Assembly (NCBI RefSeq): GCF_964355755.1
Contig: NC_092679.1
Coordinates: 13,003,432-13,067,431, forward strand
DNA: 64,000 bases
From: Antedon mediterranea
Taxonomy: Eukaryota > Animalia > Echinodermata
Reading direction: 5' to 3'
The notes below the pieces were generated by a model. That model ran no database searches and was not told the origin of the DNA. It saw only the letters and a list, made by a program, of their open reading frames with translations. Position numbers and translations under genes: made by a program. This document shows, in pieces, positions 62,621 to 64,000 of the stretch (positions are counted from its first letter, which is position 1; every line of letters begins with the position of its first letter).

Positions 62621-64000
62621 ACACCCTGCCATGTGTTGACAACCTACACTTAAGGATACCCTTGTGTCCTGTGTTTTCAATTTTGCTCATTTTGAATATG
62701 TTTCTTTTAAATCTATTTTTTGATTTTAAGTATTGATAAATAATGTCGTAGGAATAACCTTGTGTTGGTCATGATGTTGATGTGTGAAGTTTTTTTTATA
62801 TATTATAACGATATTGATAGTATAGAGATGAGGGGAAGGCATGATTCAACGTTTCGATCTGATAATATTATCGTAAATCAAAAACACTTTTTCTTGATTA
62901 AAAACGCAAAGCAAATCATTAGCTGTTTGTTAGTCTGGGCTCCAGACGGAGTTTTGTCTTAATATTAGTAAAAAGATAAATATTTTGGCACATATGGCGT
63001 TTCATACGTATACTACTTGATTTTGGATATTTTCAGACAAAAATCGCGGTCGAAATAAAAACAAATGAATAAAAAAAAAAGATAATACAGACTTGGGGCA
63101 AGTCTAGCTGTTTGTGTGCTACACTGACAATGAATTTCAGACCTCCCCACTCCCCAAATTAAAATATAAGTTATATTTGAGTTATTCACGAATATTCTAG
63201 AGTCAAATATTTTCTGCAGGCCTACATTTCCAGTGGTACAAAAGAAAAAAGTGAAACTTAAACTAACAAATAAATAAATTCCATTATTTTGTGTAGGCTA
63301 AAATTTATGAGTACTTTATCCGGAAGTGCCTTGAGTTAAAAGTTCGTTCATAGAAACAATTGTAACAAGAAATATTTCTTACAAAAAACGCCGCGTAACT
63401 TTTTGACTGGACAGTTGTAAGAACAGTCTTCATTAATCAAATATAATAGGTCGGCCAATCAAAACGCAAGTGAACAATTGGGACTTTACTTGTGATTTAT
63501 GTCATTGGCCTGTCAGCACAGTCGTTTCTTTCTAGAATTAAACGCACAAACTTGTATTGGGAATAATGTATGTGGTTATTAGTATCGCATTTAGGTATTG
63601 ATAATAATAATAATATGGCTTTTGAATATATAATTACTGTCTGTAGAATAACATTTATACATTTTCGGTTCGCGATGAAAAGTTATATGAATGGATTTGT
63701 AATAGGTATTTATAATAATAGTATATGGGTTGTATTATTGCTAAGCTATCACCAAATCGCGTTATAACATTATTTCTCAGGGTTTTTTGCACCATTGATC
63801 AATACCAAACGCGTATCGGTATTATAGTTTTTAATGAATCATTACATTAATAAAAATACCCAATTATATCAATCGCGTCAGTCCAATTCCGACTTCAAAA
63901 AAAGTGTGATGTGCCCAAATATGGTAGTGATATGCCCGATTATCGTAGTGATATGACATCGTCATGTCTATATAATATGGGCACATCATATTTAGTTTGA

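Overview
AT-rich, intron-containing eukaryotic DNA, probably from a marine invertebrate (echinoderm-like; this is an inference). It is not prokaryotic and has no CRISPR array. There are two host loci. One is the 3' part of a partly decayed C-type lectin multidomain gene (+, 476-3707). The other is a complete 10-exon D-amino acid/D-aspartate oxidase gene (-, 42790-34921; 336 aa, C-terminal SRL peroxisomal signal) that I assembled by hand from splice sites. Most of the rest is transposon-derived: a young, near-intact Gypsy element inserted in a CR1 LINE, L2/CR1, RTE-X-like and L1/Tx1-like LINEs, Ngaro/DIRS, Helentron, Academ and Sola relics, a tRNA-Thr SINE, MITEs with exact target-site duplications (TSDs), a minisatellite-armed foldback element and a six-layer nested insertion. 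The most striking signal is a class of TA-flanked micro-insertions (TA-GGCC-TA, TA-CAG/CTG-TA, TA-CA-TA). Comparisons between repeat copies and reading frames inside the window indicate they are insertions, and they look like very dense cut-and-paste excision footprints. All family assignments come from motif recognition by eye; no searches were run.
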